In this document: positions 63,090 through 64,000 of the stretch, piece after piece | Numbering within the stretch: the stretch's first letter is position 1 | Layout: each line of letters opens with the position of its first letter | Origin: an uncultured Candidatus Peribacteria bacterium | GTDB lineage: Bacteria > Patescibacteriota > Gracilibacteria > Peribacterales > Peribacteraceae | Length of the DNA stretch: 64,000 nt | NCBI GenBank assembly: GCA_964497975.1 | Contig: CAZCFO010000002.1 | Coordinates: 115,768-179,767, forward strand | Direction of reading: 5' to 3' | Notes under the pieces: generated by a model | What the model saw: only the letters and a program-made list of their open reading frames with translations | What the model was told of the DNA's origin: nothing | Databases searched by the model: none | Program-made: the position numbers and the translations under genes

Positions 63090-63551
63090 TCAGGTGTTTC
63101 TCAGATGGTGTAGAGCGATCCCCGCAGCAACCGCCACATTCAACGACTCCTTCTTCCCCAGCATCGGAATCTTAACGACGGTATCGGCCAGCGCCAGCAG
63201 TTCCTCAGGCACGCCGGAAAGCTCGTGTCCGACGATCAGGCAGACCTTGTCAGCAGGTGCGTAGCTCTGAAGATCGACGGCGTTCGAGGACAGTTCCAGG
63301 GGCACAATGGACCAGCCGTCAGCCTTGAGCGCCTGCACGACCGGCAGCGGCTCGCGGGCATGCTCCCACGGGATCGTCTCGTCGGCTCCGAGCGCGGTCT
63401 TGGCGATTTCTTTGCGCGGCGGCGTGCCGGTGTATCCCGTCAGCCAGATTTTCTCGATGGCGAAGGCATCGGACGTGCGGAAGAACGCTCCCACGTTCCA
63501 GAGCGATCGGACATTATGGGCCAGCAGGCAGATTCTTCTTTTGGACGTCAT
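63090..63551 (-). CDS. SpoU-family RNA 2'-O-methyltransferase
   Basis: NVGAFFRTSDAF, LIVGHELSGVP, IPMLGKKESLNVAVAAGIAL; 153 aa. Confidence 0.8.
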   Translation of the reverse strand: MTSKRRICLLAHNVRSLWNVGAFFRTSDAFAIEKIWLTGYTGTPPRKEIAKTALGADETIPWEHAREPLPVVQALKADGWSIVPLELSSNAVDLQSYAPADKVCLIVGHELSGVPEELLALADTVVKIPMLGKKESLNVAVAAGIALHHLRNT

Positions 63552-63561
63552 AGAGAATACG

Positions 63562-63644
63562 GTGTGTCATCCTGAGCTCGTCGAAGGATGATGTCATGGT
63601 TCGACCCTTCGCCTGGCTCAGGGCAGGCTCTGCTCACCATGACA
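63562..63644. repeat. composite REP/MITE-like element (two units)
   Basis: A TCATCCT...AGGATGA unit at 63567-63591, followed by the reverse-oriented unit TGTCATGGTTCGACCC...GCTCACCATGACA at 63592-63644. Confidence 0.55.
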
Positions 63645-64000
63645 GCTTCTCAAGAGTACTTGCGTGCGGATTGCAGAACACTTCGAGCAGTTTGGAGGAG
63701 GACAATTCCTGATCGGTCACGTTCTCGACGCCGTACGCGACGCCCGTCTCGCTCCCCTGCCCGAATGCACCGGCGCCGGTATCGGGAATGTCCCGGCGCA
63801 GAAGAACGGTTCTGCCGCTGAAGATGTTCTCCGGGAGCGCTTCTTCGGCCTTCTTCGATGCGTTCCAGCGGCTGATCCTCCCTCCGCGTCGGATGATCGC
63901 CTTTTCCTTGTTGGAGTTGAACACCGTCAGGTCACCGAAGAGCTTCATGACCGTCTGCTCGGGAACGGAGAAGTATTTCCACTGCTTGAGCTTCAGCGAC
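63634..64000 (-). CDS. hypothetical protein, C-terminal part (gene starts beyond the right edge)
   Basis: The reading frame of track ORF 63634..63948 stays open upstream to base 64000 in my own translation (...SLKLKQWKYFSVPEQTVMKLFGD...). No family recognised. The last roughly 4 codons lie inside the repeat element. Confidence 0.4.
   Translation of the reverse strand, partial: SLKLKQWKYFSVPEQTVMKLFGDLTVFNSNKEKAIIRRGGRISRWNASKKAEEALPENIFSGRTVLLRRDIPDTGAGAFGQGSETGVAYGVENVTDQELSSSKLLEVFCNPHASTLEKLSW

Overview
High-G+C bacterial chromosomal segment with no rRNA and no CRISPR array. I can support about 60 protein genes and 3 tRNAs. All calls rest on motif recognition by eye plus my own reading of both strands; no database search was run. 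Coordinates of non-coding features were indexed by hand against ORF-track anchors and may be off by 1-2 nt.

The backbone is housekeeping genes, mostly singletons or short operons: recG, miaA, clpP, tgt, rplU, copA, pth, lepB, secE-nusG, acyP, murJ, purL, murC, tRNA-fMet, rpmA, thpR, lepA, pdxS-pdxT, bcp, tRNA-Pro, yhhQ, a Wzx-type flippase, rarA, priA, an aquaporin and a SpoU methyltransferase.

Accessory content:
- 14451-19110 is a compositionally mosaic islet abutting tRNA-Gln. A very GC-rich large serine recombinase sits between AT-rich cargo, including an overlapping operon of a membrane-anchored LexA-like winged-helix protein and a proteasome-like Thr peptidase.
- A dinJ/yafQ toxin-antitoxin pair with a palindromic operator is followed by a Pif1-like helicase and an unknown partner gene.
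- 24659-37657 is a 13-kb cell-surface locus of five secreted proteins. They are built from a roughly 100-aa Cys-capped repeat (14 copies) carrying a covarying Lys/Glu/Asn triad, poly-Ser linkers, DUF11-like modules and DNDGDG modules.
- In that locus, three proteins end in a conserved extended LPXTG-like signal, yet no sortase is present in the window. An orphan His-motif polytopic membrane protein and a TrmB-type regulator are embedded in it.
- Two dispersed non-coding repeat classes occur: a REP/MITE-like unit with TCATGGTGAGG...CCTCGAACCATGA ends, and palindromes built from tandem 7-8-nt words.

The surface locus with its non-canonical sorting signal is the best candidate for an undescribed system; the islet regulator-peptidase module is second. 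Many long ORFs in the track are off-frame or antisense artefacts of the high G+C and were rejected.
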